From Nitrosomonas sp. (lineage in GTDB: Bacteria; Pseudomonadota; Gammaproteobacteria; Burkholderiales; Nitrosomonadaceae): DNA of 64,000 nucleotides. This document shows, piece after piece, positions 10,799 through 20,902 of the stretch. The translations under genes were made by a program, and so were the position numbers. Positions within the stretch are counted from its first letter, which is position 1; each line of letters opens with the position of its first letter. The notes under the pieces were generated by a model. It did no database searches and was not told the DNA's origin. It worked only from the letters and a program-made list of their open reading frames with translations. The stretch is taken from contig JBDIVK010000012.1 in NCBI GenBank assembly GCA_039794425.1, positions 4,323-68,322 of the forward strand, written 5' to 3'.

Positions 10799-11860
10799 TC
10801 AACCAGGCTCGATCGGCAGATTCTGCAAACCATAAGCAGTATTCCGGGGGTTATAAGTAAAAAGACTTTCTCCATCACGTTTGACGACACTCTCATGCAT
10901 CATTTCGTTGATACCGGCCTTATCAGCGCCGATATCTTCATGTAATTGCCCGATAGGTCTTAAATAAGCACCAAATATCTTATAAGCCGAAGAGTAAGAA
11001 TCGACTAACTGACCACGATAATTCTCCTGCAGCTTTTTCGGGTCGCTTAAATAAGTCTGATCGAATTCAAGCCCTCTCAGTTCGGCTTTTTTGAGCATCC
11101 ATACCAAGGCTGTATCAGATAACCCTGCATCTTTATATCCCCCACCGACATTCGAATGGGCACCAGAAAACCAAACCTGCTTCATTTCCTTACAATCATT
11201 AACCTTAGTCCAAATGCTGGGCCGGAATGGCTCGCGACGTTCATCTACTGCTAACGCATGATATGCATAATCAGCATTACGTAATTCTGTATCATGAAAA
11301 CTTACCCACAATTTGCGGCTTATCCAACCCAGTAGAGGAGTCGGTGCTCCTAATGCACCTACAGTATCCCAGACACCGATAAACTTGAAGCGAGGTGTAA
11401 TGGCTCGGGCTTTCAACGTCTCAACCCTCGCAAAGTTTTTATGATGAGGGCGCTTGGCTGGTGATTCCCGATACAGATCGTATAACAGGTCGAGTTGTCC
11501 CAGTTCCTGCTCGGCAAGTAACCCGAAACTGGTTACAAAACCGACAAAAGAGCGAACAGTATAAGCACCGCGACTGAAGCCAAAACAGTAAATCTCATCA
11601 CCTTGCTGGTAGTGCCGAGCAAGAAACTGATAACAATCCTTGATATTTCTCGAAATCCCCATACCGGTAGCCCCTCCGATATATTTATCGATGAAACCAC
11701 CATTAGTACCAATACCTTGGTCATAAAATACCAGCTGTTGTACTTGTCGGGAATCAATCGGCAGGAGTGCTTCTTTCAACTTACAAACATTGGTCGGTAT
11801 GACTTGATCGAGAGTATTCCAAGTCCCATCGCATAAAATCACTATTTTTTTGCCGCTCAT
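10799..11860 (-). CDS. DUF2235 alpha/beta hydrolase (Tle1-like phospholipase domain)
   Basis: ILCDGTWN, the nucleophile elbow GFSRGAY, GVWDTVG, and WFSGAHSNVGGGY. Confidence 0.85.
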   Translation of the reverse strand: MSGKKIVILCDGTWNTLDQVIPTNVCKLKEALLPIDSRQVQQLVFYDQGIGTNGGFIDKYIGGATGMGISRNIKDCYQFLARHYQQGDEIYCFGFSRGAYTVRSFVGFVTSFGLLAEQELGQLDLLYDLYRESPAKRPHHKNFARVETLKARAITPRFKFIGVWDTVGALGAPTPLLGWISRKLWVSFHDTELRNADYAYHALAVDERREPFRPSIWTKVNDCKEMKQVWFSGAHSNVGGGYKDAGLSDTALVWMLKKAELRGLEFDQTYLSDPKKLQENYRGQLVDSYSSAYKIFGAYLRPIGQLHEDIGADKAGINEMMHESVVKRDGESLFTYNPRNTAYGLQNLPIEPG

Positions 11861-12360
11861 ATGACCTCCTAAAGAACCAGTGACCTAGGACTGTCATTTT
11901 CCTCCATCATATTGCGCTGACTGTTAGTTTTTTCACATTTTTGATTTTTCTGTGATCTGTTTCCAGAGTGGATAGAAAAATGTTCTTGCTATCAATTCGA
12001 TATAGTGATTAATAAATCCAGAATATCGTCAAATGCATAATTTGCATGAAAATGCTGAGGGCTATGGAAGGATTTCTATTTGATTATCTATTCTATATAG
12101 CATGAAGTTATAAACGAACAGGCGCCATCACGGTTTATCAGATATCATGCCAAGGAAAGACTATTGAAAAAAACCACTTACTATTAAGTAGCTTAAAAGG
12201 ATAGGGATAAAAAACCGCAGATACAGATCTTGCTGCTTGTTCATCAAAACCTGTATCTCCAAAATACATGCTTCATTTACCTTTAGGGTAGCTGTATTAT
12301 TACTGAGTACTCACCATAGCAAAAGCTAATCAGCACAATTTCTTCCGGCACGAATAATTT

Positions 12361-12648
12361 CTATTCATGCGCAATAGTCTTATCAGTAAACAGGTAATCT
12401 TTCAGCTCTGTATCGAAAGAAGCATCTCGTCTGCGAATCCACTCCAATATCATGGCTGCATGTTCTTTTTCTTCATCACGATTATGTGCCAGAATTGCTT
12501 TAAGCTCCGGATTGCGGCATGCATCCACCCGTTGATTATAAAGATCAACTGCCTCTAGTTCTTCCCGTAAGGAAATAATTGCCCGGTGCATATCCCGTGT
12601 TTCGTCCCTCAGTTCTTGAACTGGTTCATGGTAACCATCACTTGCCAT
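12361..12648 (-). CDS. Encapsulin-associated ferritin-like protein (EncFtn family)
   Basis: HRAIISLREELEAVDLYNQR and HNRDEEKEHAAMILEWIRR; GGAGGA RBS ahead of ATG 12648. Confidence 0.88.
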   Translation of the reverse strand: MASDGYHEPVQELRDETRDMHRAIISLREELEAVDLYNQRVDACRNPELKAILAHNRDEEKEHAAMILEWIRRRDASFDTELKDYLFTDKTIAHE

Positions 12649-12732
12649 CACTATCCTCCATTCCGTCGATGAACTATTCTCTCTTTGATTTTGATATGTT
12701 TGGCTACCGCCATTCTTTCCAACATTAAACTA

Positions 12733-15700
12733 CTACAGTTTCTCCTCTACTTCTGTCGTCGGAGAAGAGTCATTACTCGTCTCAACCTGTTCAGTCTCAG
12801 GTACTGGACGCTCGGTGCGTCGCGTAATTTTTCCAATCAACACGAAAAAAAACGGTACGAAAAAAATTGCCAAAAATGTAGCGGCCAACATTCCCCCAAA
12901 TACGCCTGTACCGATGGAATGCCGACTTGCCGCACCTGCTCCAGAAGCGATCACAAGAGGAAACACACCCAGAATAAAGGCCATGGATGTCATGATAATA
13001 GGCCGAAAACGAAGTCGCGCAGCTTCAAGTGCTGCATCAACCAACGACATACCTGCTGCATACCGTTGATTAGCAAACTCAACAATCAAAATCGCGTTCT
13101 TGGCAGCCAACCCAATCAATGTCACTAATCCAATCTGAAAATAAATATCGTTGGTCAACCCTCGTGTCCAGATAGCCAGTAATGCTCCCAGGACTCCAAA
13201 AGGTATCGCAAGGATAACCGCAAATGGAATAGACCAGCTTTCGTACAAAGCCGCCAGCACTAAAAAAACCATGAGTAACGCAAAGGAAAATACCCAGATG
13301 GATTGCCCCTCAGCCTTACGCTCCTGGAAAGAGATCCCACTCCAATCGAGCATATAGCCCTTGGGAGCCAAAACCTCGTCAGCCGCTTGTTCCAATGCTT
13401 CAAGCGCCTGCCCCGAGCTATAGCCAGGTGCTGCACTTCCCAATATGAGTGCTGAATTGAATCCGTTGAAATGAGTAACGGGATCCGGTCCACTGTTAAA
13501 TTCAGTCGTCACTACAGAATCCAATGGAATCATAGTATGTGTCGTGCCGCTTTGGGCACGTACATATATTTTACTGATATCGTCCGGATTAGATCGATAC
13601 TCGGGTAATGCTTCTGTTTGTACCCGATAGATACGACCAAATTTCACAAAATCGTTGACATACAAATTCCCGAAATAAGCCTGCATAGTATCGAAGATTT
13701 CGGAAATAGGTACACCCAACGCTTTTGCCCGCTCCCGGTCTACTTGTGCATATAGCCTGGGCGCACTTACACGAAAATTCGTATTGGCAACCGCGATTGC
13801 CGGATGCTCCATAGCCTTGGCTACGAATTCCTGGGCAACGGCTGCAAACTCGGAAAAATGACTGCCACTCGGATCCTGTAATTGAGCTGTAAATCCCCCG
13901 GTGGAACCAAGCCCACGAATCGATGGTGCATTAAAAGCCAGGATCAGAGCTTCAGGAATTTTGGCAAATTCCTGAAAAGCCGACGTAATAAGACTGGGCA
14001 CCTGTTCCTCGGCATTTTTACGCATATCCCAATGATGCAACGGTACAAACATCGTTGCCTGATTTGTTCCACGGGTCCCGAAAACAAAATTCTGTCCGGC
14101 CAGCGTATCCGTTGAATGGATCGCCGGAATCGATTGAAAATAATCCTCTATTTTAGTCAGAACTTCTGTCGTCCGTGCCATAGAAGCACCATCCGGCAAC
14201 TGAACCACTGAAATGAAATAACCTTGATCCTCTTCCGGAAGAAAACTGCCCGGAACAGTTCTGAATAAGCCTAAGATAACGAATAGCAGTACCAAGAAAA
14301 TGACCATCGCCATTGCTGATCGTTTAAGGATCAGTCCGGCAGTTCCAACATAACGTGTCTGCAACCAGTCAAACGACCGATTGAATATTTTCCAGAATCC
14401 TTTAGGAGAATCATGGCCCGGTTTGAGAACTAAGGCACATAGTGCAGGACTGAGCGTCAGCGCCACAAACCCGGAAATCGCAACAGATAATGCAATGGTA
14501 ATTGCAAACTGTTTATATAATTCACCGGTAATCCCTCCCAGAAATGCAACCGGGACAAACACGGCAGCCAATACCAGAACGATTGCGATCACTGGTCCGG
14601 TCACCTCATCCATCGCCTTTTTTGCTGCCTCTCTAGGCGCCATCCCGCCCTTTGTCAAATGTCGTTCGACATTTTCCACCACCACAATCGCATCATCTAC
14701 CACGATACCGATGGCCAGAACCATACCGAAAAGAGTCAATGTATTAATCGAAAATCCCAGCGCTTCCATTCCCGCAAAAGTTCCGATAAGCGAAATAGGT
14801 ACTGCAACGGCCGGGATAATCGTCGCACGCCAACTCTGCAGAAAAACAAAAACGACCAGAATTACCAGCAGTATTGCTTCTGCAAGAGTCTTGACGACCT
14901 CCTTGATAGAAACATCAATAAACGTAGTCGTATCATAAGGCACGTCATAAGACACAGCCGCTGGAAAGTTTTTGGCCAGCTTTTCCATTTCCTGACGGAT
15001 ATTTTGGATCGTGTCGAGTGCATTGGCACCTGGCGCAAGAAAGGTCAAGAGAAAAGTATTGGGCTTCCCATTCCACCGCCCTTCAAGGTCGTAAGATTGA
15101 GCACCCAGCTCTACGCGTGCGACATCCCGTAGGCGTACCATAGAACCATCTGGATAAGCCCGAACGATCATCTCCTCGAATTCCTTTACTTCGCTCATCC
15201 GTCCACGTGTAATGACCGGAATGGTAAGCTCCGTCCCCCGAGGCATCGGCTCACGGCCGATTCTCCCGGCAGGAAAATCGCGATTCTGCTCCCGAACGAC
15301 TGCTGCAATTTCAGTTGGCGTCAGATTAAGCTGTGCCATACGGATAGGGTCAAGAATCAACCTCATGGAATAATTCTGACCACCAAAGATGATGGCATCT
15401 CCTACACCTGGAAGCCGTTTGATATTGTCGATAATTCGAAGCAAGGCGTAGTTCGAAAGGAAAATAGTGTCATGCTCAGGATCGGTAGAACTCAGCGCAA
15501 TGACCGACAATAAATCAGGCGATGTTTTTTTTACGGTTACTCCCTGACGAACGACTTCATCCGGCAGTTGGGGCTCGGCGAGACGCTGCCGGTTCTGTGT
15601 CTGGACCTGAGCAATATCGATATCAGTTCCAATCTCGAACGTAAGCCTCATCGTCATATGCCCGTCGTTCGTACTCGTAGAATCGTAATACAATAGATTA

Positions 15701-15921
15701 TCGATACCGGGAAGCTGTACCTCGATGGGACGCGCGACAGCTTCCGCAACGACTTCTGCACTCGCACCCGGGTAATCTGCATCGATTTGTATCATGGGAG
15801 GAGTAATCTCGGGGAACTGCGCGACCGGTAATTTCTGTAAAGAAACCAAGCCAACGACTACGATAATGATGGACAGGACCGACGCAAAAATGGGTCGGTC
15901 GATAAAGAAATGAGGACTCAT
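12733..15921 (-). CDS. RND efflux permease, HAE1 (AcrB/MexB) family
   Basis: FIDRPIFASV, GIVVDDAIVVVENV (proton relay), AKNAILIVEF, RFRPIIMTS. Confidence 0.95.
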   Translation of the reverse strand: MSPHFFIDRPIFASVLSIIIVVVGLVSLQKLPVAQFPEITPPMIQIDADYPGASAEVVAEAVARPIEVQLPGIDNLLYYDSTSTNDGHMTMRLTFEIGTDIDIAQVQTQNRQRLAEPQLPDEVVRQGVTVKKTSPDLLSVIALSSTDPEHDTIFLSNYALLRIIDNIKRLPGVGDAIIFGGQNYSMRLILDPIRMAQLNLTPTEIAAVVREQNRDFPAGRIGREPMPRGTELTIPVITRGRMSEVKEFEEMIVRAYPDGSMVRLRDVARVELGAQSYDLEGRWNGKPNTFLLTFLAPGANALDTIQNIRQEMEKLAKNFPAAVSYDVPYDTTTFIDVSIKEVVKTLAEAILLVILVVFVFLQSWRATIIPAVAVPISLIGTFAGMEALGFSINTLTLFGMVLAIGIVVDDAIVVVENVERHLTKGGMAPREAAKKAMDEVTGPVIAIVLVLAAVFVPVAFLGGITGELYKQFAITIALSVAISGFVALTLSPALCALVLKPGHDSPKGFWKIFNRSFDWLQTRYVGTAGLILKRSAMAMVIFLVLLFVILGLFRTVPGSFLPEEDQGYFISVVQLPDGASMARTTEVLTKIEDYFQSIPAIHSTDTLAGQNFVFGTRGTNQATMFVPLHHWDMRKNAEEQVPSLITSAFQEFAKIPEALILAFNAPSIRGLGSTGGFTAQLQDPSGSHFSEFAAVAQEFVAKAMEHPAIAVANTNFRVSAPRLYAQVDRERAKALGVPISEIFDTMQAYFGNLYVNDFVKFGRIYRVQTEALPEYRSNPDDISKIYVRAQSGTTHTMIPLDSVVTTEFNSGPDPVTHFNGFNSALILGSAAPGYSSGQALEALEQAADEVLAPKGYMLDWSGISFQERKAEGQSIWVFSFALLMVFLVLAALYESWSIPFAVILAIPFGVLGALLAIWTRGLTNDIYFQIGLVTLIGLAAKNAILIVEFANQRYAAGMSLVDAALEAARLRFRPIIMTSMAFILGVFPLVIASGAGAASRHSIGTGVFGGMLAATFLAIFFVPFFFVLIGKITRRTERPVPETEQVETSNDSSPTTEVEEKL

Positions 15922-17168
15922 GGTACGCTTTGCGTGATTTGTTCTTCTAGATGATCATCCGGAGTAATCTGGTCCTTCTGATACTGAATAGCATGTACCT
16001 GGACTCCCGGCTGAATGCGATGAAATCCTTCCACCACCACTCGCTCTCCCGGCTGCAGGCCATTATCGATCAACCATTCCTTCCCACGCCATACACTGGC
16101 CCGGATGGGGCGAAATTCTACTTTCTCATCCTCATTAACCACATACACGAATGAACCATTAGGCCCCTGCTGGACGGCGCGCTGAGGAATGAGGATGGCA
16201 CCGATTCGGCTATAACCCTTGACACGAATTTTAACGAACTGGCCAGGATAAACATAAGATTGCCCGGGTGCTCCTTTCCCTTCCGGGTTAGGAAATGCGA
16301 ACCGTCCCTGCAATGTTCCCGTCTCAGGCCGTAAAGCAACGTCTGCAAAATCCAGTATCCCCTCCTCTGGGTACACACTTCCATCTGAGAAAGTCATGAC
16401 CCCGCGCAGCTGAAAGATATCGGGCCTCTCGATCTTATGCTCGGCCAATTCACGACGACGACGCAGAAGATAACTCTCAGGCACACTCACATTCACATAC
16501 ATGGGATCCAACTGATCTATAGTGGCCAGAAGCGTAGTTTCAGCAGAGATCAAACGCCCTTCGTAAAAATAACTGCGACCGATCCGACCATCTACAGGAG
16601 CAGTTATCAACGTATTATCCAGATCAAATTTTGCCTTGATCAGATCATTCTGTGCAGCCTCCAAAGCAGCTTGAGCTCCACGCACTTCTGCTGCGGCATC
16701 GTCAACATTTTTTTTACTGACAGCTTGTTGCTTGAGAAGTGGCTGCACACGTGCCAGATCCAACTTAGCCTGGTCCAGACGCGCCTGCGCCTGTGCCACT
16801 CTTGCTTTGCTACTGAGGTAAATAGCTTTAAATGGTACGGGATCAATGAGGTACAGACGATCCCCTTTTTTAACATTCCGACCCTCAGTAAAGAAAACCT
16901 CTTTGATAATTCCGCTTACTTGTGATCGAATCTCTACTGGACGAAAAGCCTCCGTTTGCCCGATGAATTCCGGTTCATCCTGAATCGTTCTGGTCGTGAC
17001 TGTAATGAATTCCACCTGAGGAATGGGCGGAGACGAATCTGTGGATGATTCCTCCGAGCAGCCAACGAGAAGCATAACCATCAGAAGCAGCCCCACGCGC
17101 ATATTCCTCGTAACAAGCCTACCGGTACAAACAGCCAACGTAATTAACCATTGGATCGTTTGATACAT
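15918..17168 (-). CDS. RND periplasmic adaptor (MFP) lipoprotein; true start may be near 17103
   Basis: Lipobox LLVGC, EIRSQVSGII, TLITAPVDGRIG; overlaps the permease start by 4 bp. Confidence 0.92.
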   Translation of the reverse strand: MYQTIQWLITLAVCTGRLVTRNMRVGLLLMVMLLVGCSEESSTDSSPPIPQVEFITVTTRTIQDEPEFIGQTEAFRPVEIRSQVSGIIKEVFFTEGRNVKKGDRLYLIDPVPFKAIYLSSKARVAQAQARLDQAKLDLARVQPLLKQQAVSKKNVDDAAAEVRGAQAALEAAQNDLIKAKFDLDNTLITAPVDGRIGRSYFYEGRLISAETTLLATIDQLDPMYVNVSVPESYLLRRRRELAEHKIERPDIFQLRGVMTFSDGSVYPEEGILDFADVALRPETGTLQGRFAFPNPEGKGAPGQSYVYPGQFVKIRVKGYSRIGAILIPQRAVQQGPNGSFVYVVNEDEKVEFRPIRASVWRGKEWLIDNGLQPGERVVVEGFHRIQPGVQVHAIQYQKDQITPDDHLEEQITQSVP

Positions 17169-17273
17169 ATACTCGACCTCTAGTTATTTTAAAAGGGAAG
17201 GAAGACCCGCCAAAGATTACATGATAATCAAAACGCTGTCGAAAATTTCAGCTTTTGAAAGCAGTACACCCGT

Positions 17274-18725
17274 TCAGTTTTTAAAAAGTTTTTCGCTCAC
17301 GGGCCTTGATGACAAAACTTCTGCTTCATCCGGAATCCACCCCCCACCCAATGCCTTATAAAGTTGAACAATAGAAACCAGATGAAGACGATGTGTCGCC
17401 ATGAGATCGAATTCCGCATCGAATAAATTGCGCTTTGCAAGGAGCACATCGACATAGCTGGTAATTCCGCCCTGATAGCGGATATCCGCTATTTGCAAAG
17501 CTGAACGCAACGCTTCAACCTGCTTTTGCTGTGCTTGACGCTGATCGTTGGCTGTTCGAATAGCTACCAGAGCATCCTCAACTTCTTTGAATGCAATGAG
17601 GACAGTTTGCTCGTATTGCGCCAGTGCCTGCCTTGCCTGTGCTTCGGCAGCCCGCTGTTCAAAACCCAACGTCTGTGAATTCAGCAAAGGTGCCGCAAGC
17701 CCAAACCCACCTACACCAAACTCGCTGCCGGATTGCAGCAAATTGGCTAATGCCGGACTGGATAAACCCAGAAAACCTGTGAGAGAAAGTCTGGGAAACC
17801 GTGTTGCTTTGGCAACTCCGATTCTGGCGGTAGCTGCTGCCAGATCCTGCTCAGCTTGCAGAATATCAGGCCGCCGCTGCAATAACTCGGATGGCAGGCC
17901 GGCGGGTACTTCAGGTGGAATCAGTTGCTCTGTCAGAGAACGTCCCCGTACGACCGGCATAGGATTTCTTCCCAGCAGTACACTCAGTTCGTTCTCTTTC
18001 TGGGCAATTTGCCGCTCGAGTTCTGCTTCCCGAGCAGCTGCTCTGGCGTACTCCGCTTCAAACTGATCCAGGTCGAGACGGGAAATCAGCCCGCCTTGCA
18101 GTTGTGCCCGGGAAATCGCGACCGATTCTTCCCACGAAAGCAGTGCACGGTGAGCAATATCCAACTGCATATCGAATTGCAAGAGGTCAAAGTAAGACTG
18201 TGCCACTGTACTCACTAATGTCAGCACGATCGCACGGCGGCTTTCTTCGCGCGCAATCAGATCGGCGCGAGCTGCCTCATTGGCACGTCGGATTCTTCCC
18301 CAAATATCCAGCTCCCAATTCAGGATAGTTTGCCCGAAATAATTATAGGGTGTGGGAAACCCGGGTTGACGAAATCCACCAAGCGTACCGAACGCTGGTG
18401 CATTACCACTGATCTCCATATTAGGCACAAAATCCATACGAGCAACACCGAGACGGGCCTGAAGCTCATCAACACTAGCTGCCGCCTCTTTGAGATCCTT
18501 GTTCTCCAGCAGAGCCTGATTGATGAGCGATTGCAGGGCTTCATCCTGCAGCAGCTCCCACCAGGGCAGATTGGCAATAGATCGTCCTTCCACCTGGGTC
18601 ATGCGGAACTTGTCCGCGATATCGACATGAGGTCGTAAATAGTCGGGTCCCATGGCACAGGAAACCATTAACAAACTTAAACATAGCAACAATATGTGAT
18701 GAACCCGGCGATTACTGCACTTCAT
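17274..18725 (-). CDS. RND outer membrane factor (NodT/OprM family) lipoprotein
   Basis: LMVSCAMGPDY lipobox, WELDIWGRIRR, PSELLQRRPDI, LYKALGGGW. Confidence 0.92.
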   Translation of the reverse strand: MKCSNRRVHHILLLCLSLLMVSCAMGPDYLRPHVDIADKFRMTQVEGRSIANLPWWELLQDEALQSLINQALLENKDLKEAAASVDELQARLGVARMDFVPNMEISGNAPAFGTLGGFRQPGFPTPYNYFGQTILNWELDIWGRIRRANEAARADLIAREESRRAIVLTLVSTVAQSYFDLLQFDMQLDIAHRALLSWEESVAISRAQLQGGLISRLDLDQFEAEYARAAAREAELERQIAQKENELSVLLGRNPMPVVRGRSLTEQLIPPEVPAGLPSELLQRRPDILQAEQDLAAATARIGVAKATRFPRLSLTGFLGLSSPALANLLQSGSEFGVGGFGLAAPLLNSQTLGFEQRAAEAQARQALAQYEQTVLIAFKEVEDALVAIRTANDQRQAQQKQVEALRSALQIADIRYQGGITSYVDVLLAKRNLFDAEFDLMATHRLHLVSIVQLYKALGGGWIPDEAEVLSSRPVSEKLFKN

Positions 18726-18876
18726 TCCAGATGATTCAACACAAGCCAACCTACAAGACACGATGGAAACCATCCCACTCATCAAATAAGAAAATCTAAC
18801 ACACGGCAGCATACCGTTTCCTTTTCATGAACTTAAAAAGTATCATAATCTGGCCGTGCCTTTACTTCTCACAGCC

Positions 18877-19151
18877 TCATGATAGATTGATAACGATATT
18901 AATCTTCGCGTTTACGGCGTCACGATGCTTCTGGATTCGAACACAACCTACGCAAATACATGCTATCGTCAGACACGACATCCACCATTGTAAAAGAAGT
19001 CATACCCTTGATTTCCAGATCATCGCCGATGCATTCCCAGTAATCAAGTGCGCCATACTCTTTCCAGATTTGGCTCGCTCGGCGATACGTTTATGGTCTT
19101 GATCTTGTCCTTTTGGAGCGGAATCACAAACCCACCGACATAACGGCCCAT
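18877..19151 (-). pseudogene. DUF1428 (YbaA-like) pseudogene
   Basis: After an AAAGGAGGT RBS, segments in shifting frames read MGRYVGGFVIPLQKDKI, IWKEYGALDYWECIGDDL, VFA*VVFESR and KHRDAVNAKI. Confidence 0.75.
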
Positions 19152-19236
19152 ACAGCTACCTCCTTTCACGCCTTTCCATCCTGACTGCCTCCCGGTGATT
19201 GGAAGCAAGCTCAGGAAAATTATAAGATAACAATGA

Positions 19237-20310
19237 TCAGAATCCGTAACCGATATTGAAAAGATAACGTGTATCGAATTTTTCTTTATCCGGTGCCGGT
19301 TTGCTGAAGTAATCCACTTGTACTTCATTGGAAAACTGGAATCCACGCCACAAGGGTATGCGGAAGCCTGTACGGGTACGAATAAAAAGATCGCTCGTCG
19401 CCAACCCCTCATTCGTATGGAAAAGCTGTATGGCACGATTCCAGAGCCATTGGTCGTATCGGGTCAGCCAGCGACCTGCTACATTACGCCTGTCCTGGAT
19501 CTTGTCACATGCAGCAGGATCGGATGAAAGCCTGGTTTCACATCGGTATGGACGATCATAAAAAGCAACGCTAACATAATCGGGACCAGCCTCGATAGAT
19601 AAATTAAGCCCCCCTGTCGCAAAAATCTGGTAACCAACACCAATACCAAGAGCGGATCTTAATTTGATATCCTGCAGACGATCATTGGTAAAGAGGCTAT
19701 GTACATAGCCGTACCACTGATCATTAAAAAAATGTGAGTAGTCGGCATAAAGCTGAAAATTACGTGCATTAAGCACGTTATTTCTCCTGCCATCCGCATC
19801 TCTCCTCGTATTATTCGCGTAGTTGAACTGACTACCGAAAGAAACCCGGTCATCTTGTCCTCGGACTACGATATCAGTACTCAAATTATAGGATTGGCGC
19901 TCCGTGTTCCCATCAAAAACGGCTCCCCCTACATTTACTTGGCCAGAAAAGAATTTTTTGTTGATTTCCGTGACTTCAGATAGCGGGATCGGCTCTGATT
20001 GATGGATACCATCCTTTTTGATCGTCAGCATATTATCGGGAGAAGTTTCAATCACACCCGTCACTTCTTCTTTGTTTTTAAGCGTCAGCAATACAGCTTG
20101 ATTCGTTTTAATGCTCTCAATCGCGCTCCATTTAATCAAAATCTTGCTTGAGTATTCAGTTTTTATTTCAAGGGTATTACCAAATTTATTGATAATCGTT
20201 CCTGTAATTCTGTCCCCGTTTTTCAACAAAATCTCATCCGCCTTCACAGTCAGCACAAAAAAAGCAAGCAAAACAAATAGCGCGATCAATGATTTCTGGC
20301 TCATTCCCAT
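19237..20310 (-). CDS. DUF481 (YdiY-like) outer-membrane beta-barrel protein
   Basis: Signal peptide, DEILLKNGDRITG N-domain, amphipathic strands, and a C-terminal aromatic residue (IGYGF). Confidence 0.75.
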   Translation of the reverse strand: MGMSQKSLIALFVLLAFFVLTVKADEILLKNGDRITGTIINKFGNTLEIKTEYSSKILIKWSAIESIKTNQAVLLTLKNKEEVTGVIETSPDNMLTIKKDGIHQSEPIPLSEVTEINKKFFSGQVNVGGAVFDGNTERQSYNLSTDIVVRGQDDRVSFGSQFNYANNTRRDADGRRNNVLNARNFQLYADYSHFFNDQWYGYVHSLFTNDRLQDIKLRSALGIGVGYQIFATGGLNLSIEAGPDYVSVAFYDRPYRCETRLSSDPAACDKIQDRRNVAGRWLTRYDQWLWNRAIQLFHTNEGLATSDLFIRTRTGFRIPLWRGFQFSNEVQVDYFSKPAPDKEKFDTRYLFNIGYGF

Positions 20311-20902
20311 TTCCTTTAAAGGAACTCTTCTTTTTTATAGTATTTCCAGTCAGGCAAGCACGTCGAAATAGAAAAACCGGAGAAGCGAGAATTAATCACG
20401 CTAAATTCGCTCTTCTGGAAATTAATCTAGCGGATTTGGCAGCAATGATTTCTTGAATTGCAGGATGAAGAAAAACGTAAAATATGAATGTTCACTTAAT
20501 ATTTCACACAGGATCACAAGCACCCATATACTGTTACAAGCATACTTTCATAGGCACACTTGAGCTTACCATATCAGTAGGTATCGATGGAGATATTGAG
20601 AATCAATCCGCTGCTGTAATAGAGAAAATAAAGGGGATATGGGGTTGCTCTGGATATTCAGCCTCTGATTCTGACTGACAGTATCTATATACTGAATACT
20701 GAACAGCAAACGTTTACAAGGACAAAAAAGAGATCAGATGATTGTGAAGATTGTATAAAAATAATCCCCCCTGGAATACCCGCTACGCTTAAAAACAAAA
20801 AACGTAGCGTGCACTATTTTTCACTTCGTCTGTCCATCGGCTGTCATCGTGTACAGCAAAGTCGATGGACCATATCAAACTCCTTGGCAGTAAGCTCTCT
20901 TA

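Noticed and set aside
12205-12260. AAAAACCGCAG resembling the family 1 repeat end, plus an AGATACAG/CTGTATCT IR
   Set aside because: Only 11 nt match, with no partner end or internal modules; could be chance.
18925-18945. tRNA T-loop-like GTTCGAATCC on the minus strand
   Set aside because: No cloverleaf around it; it encodes VFESR of the DUF1428 pseudogene.
20781-20870. Two hairpins downstream of msrAB
   Set aside because: No convincing U-tract on the minus strand; function unsupported.
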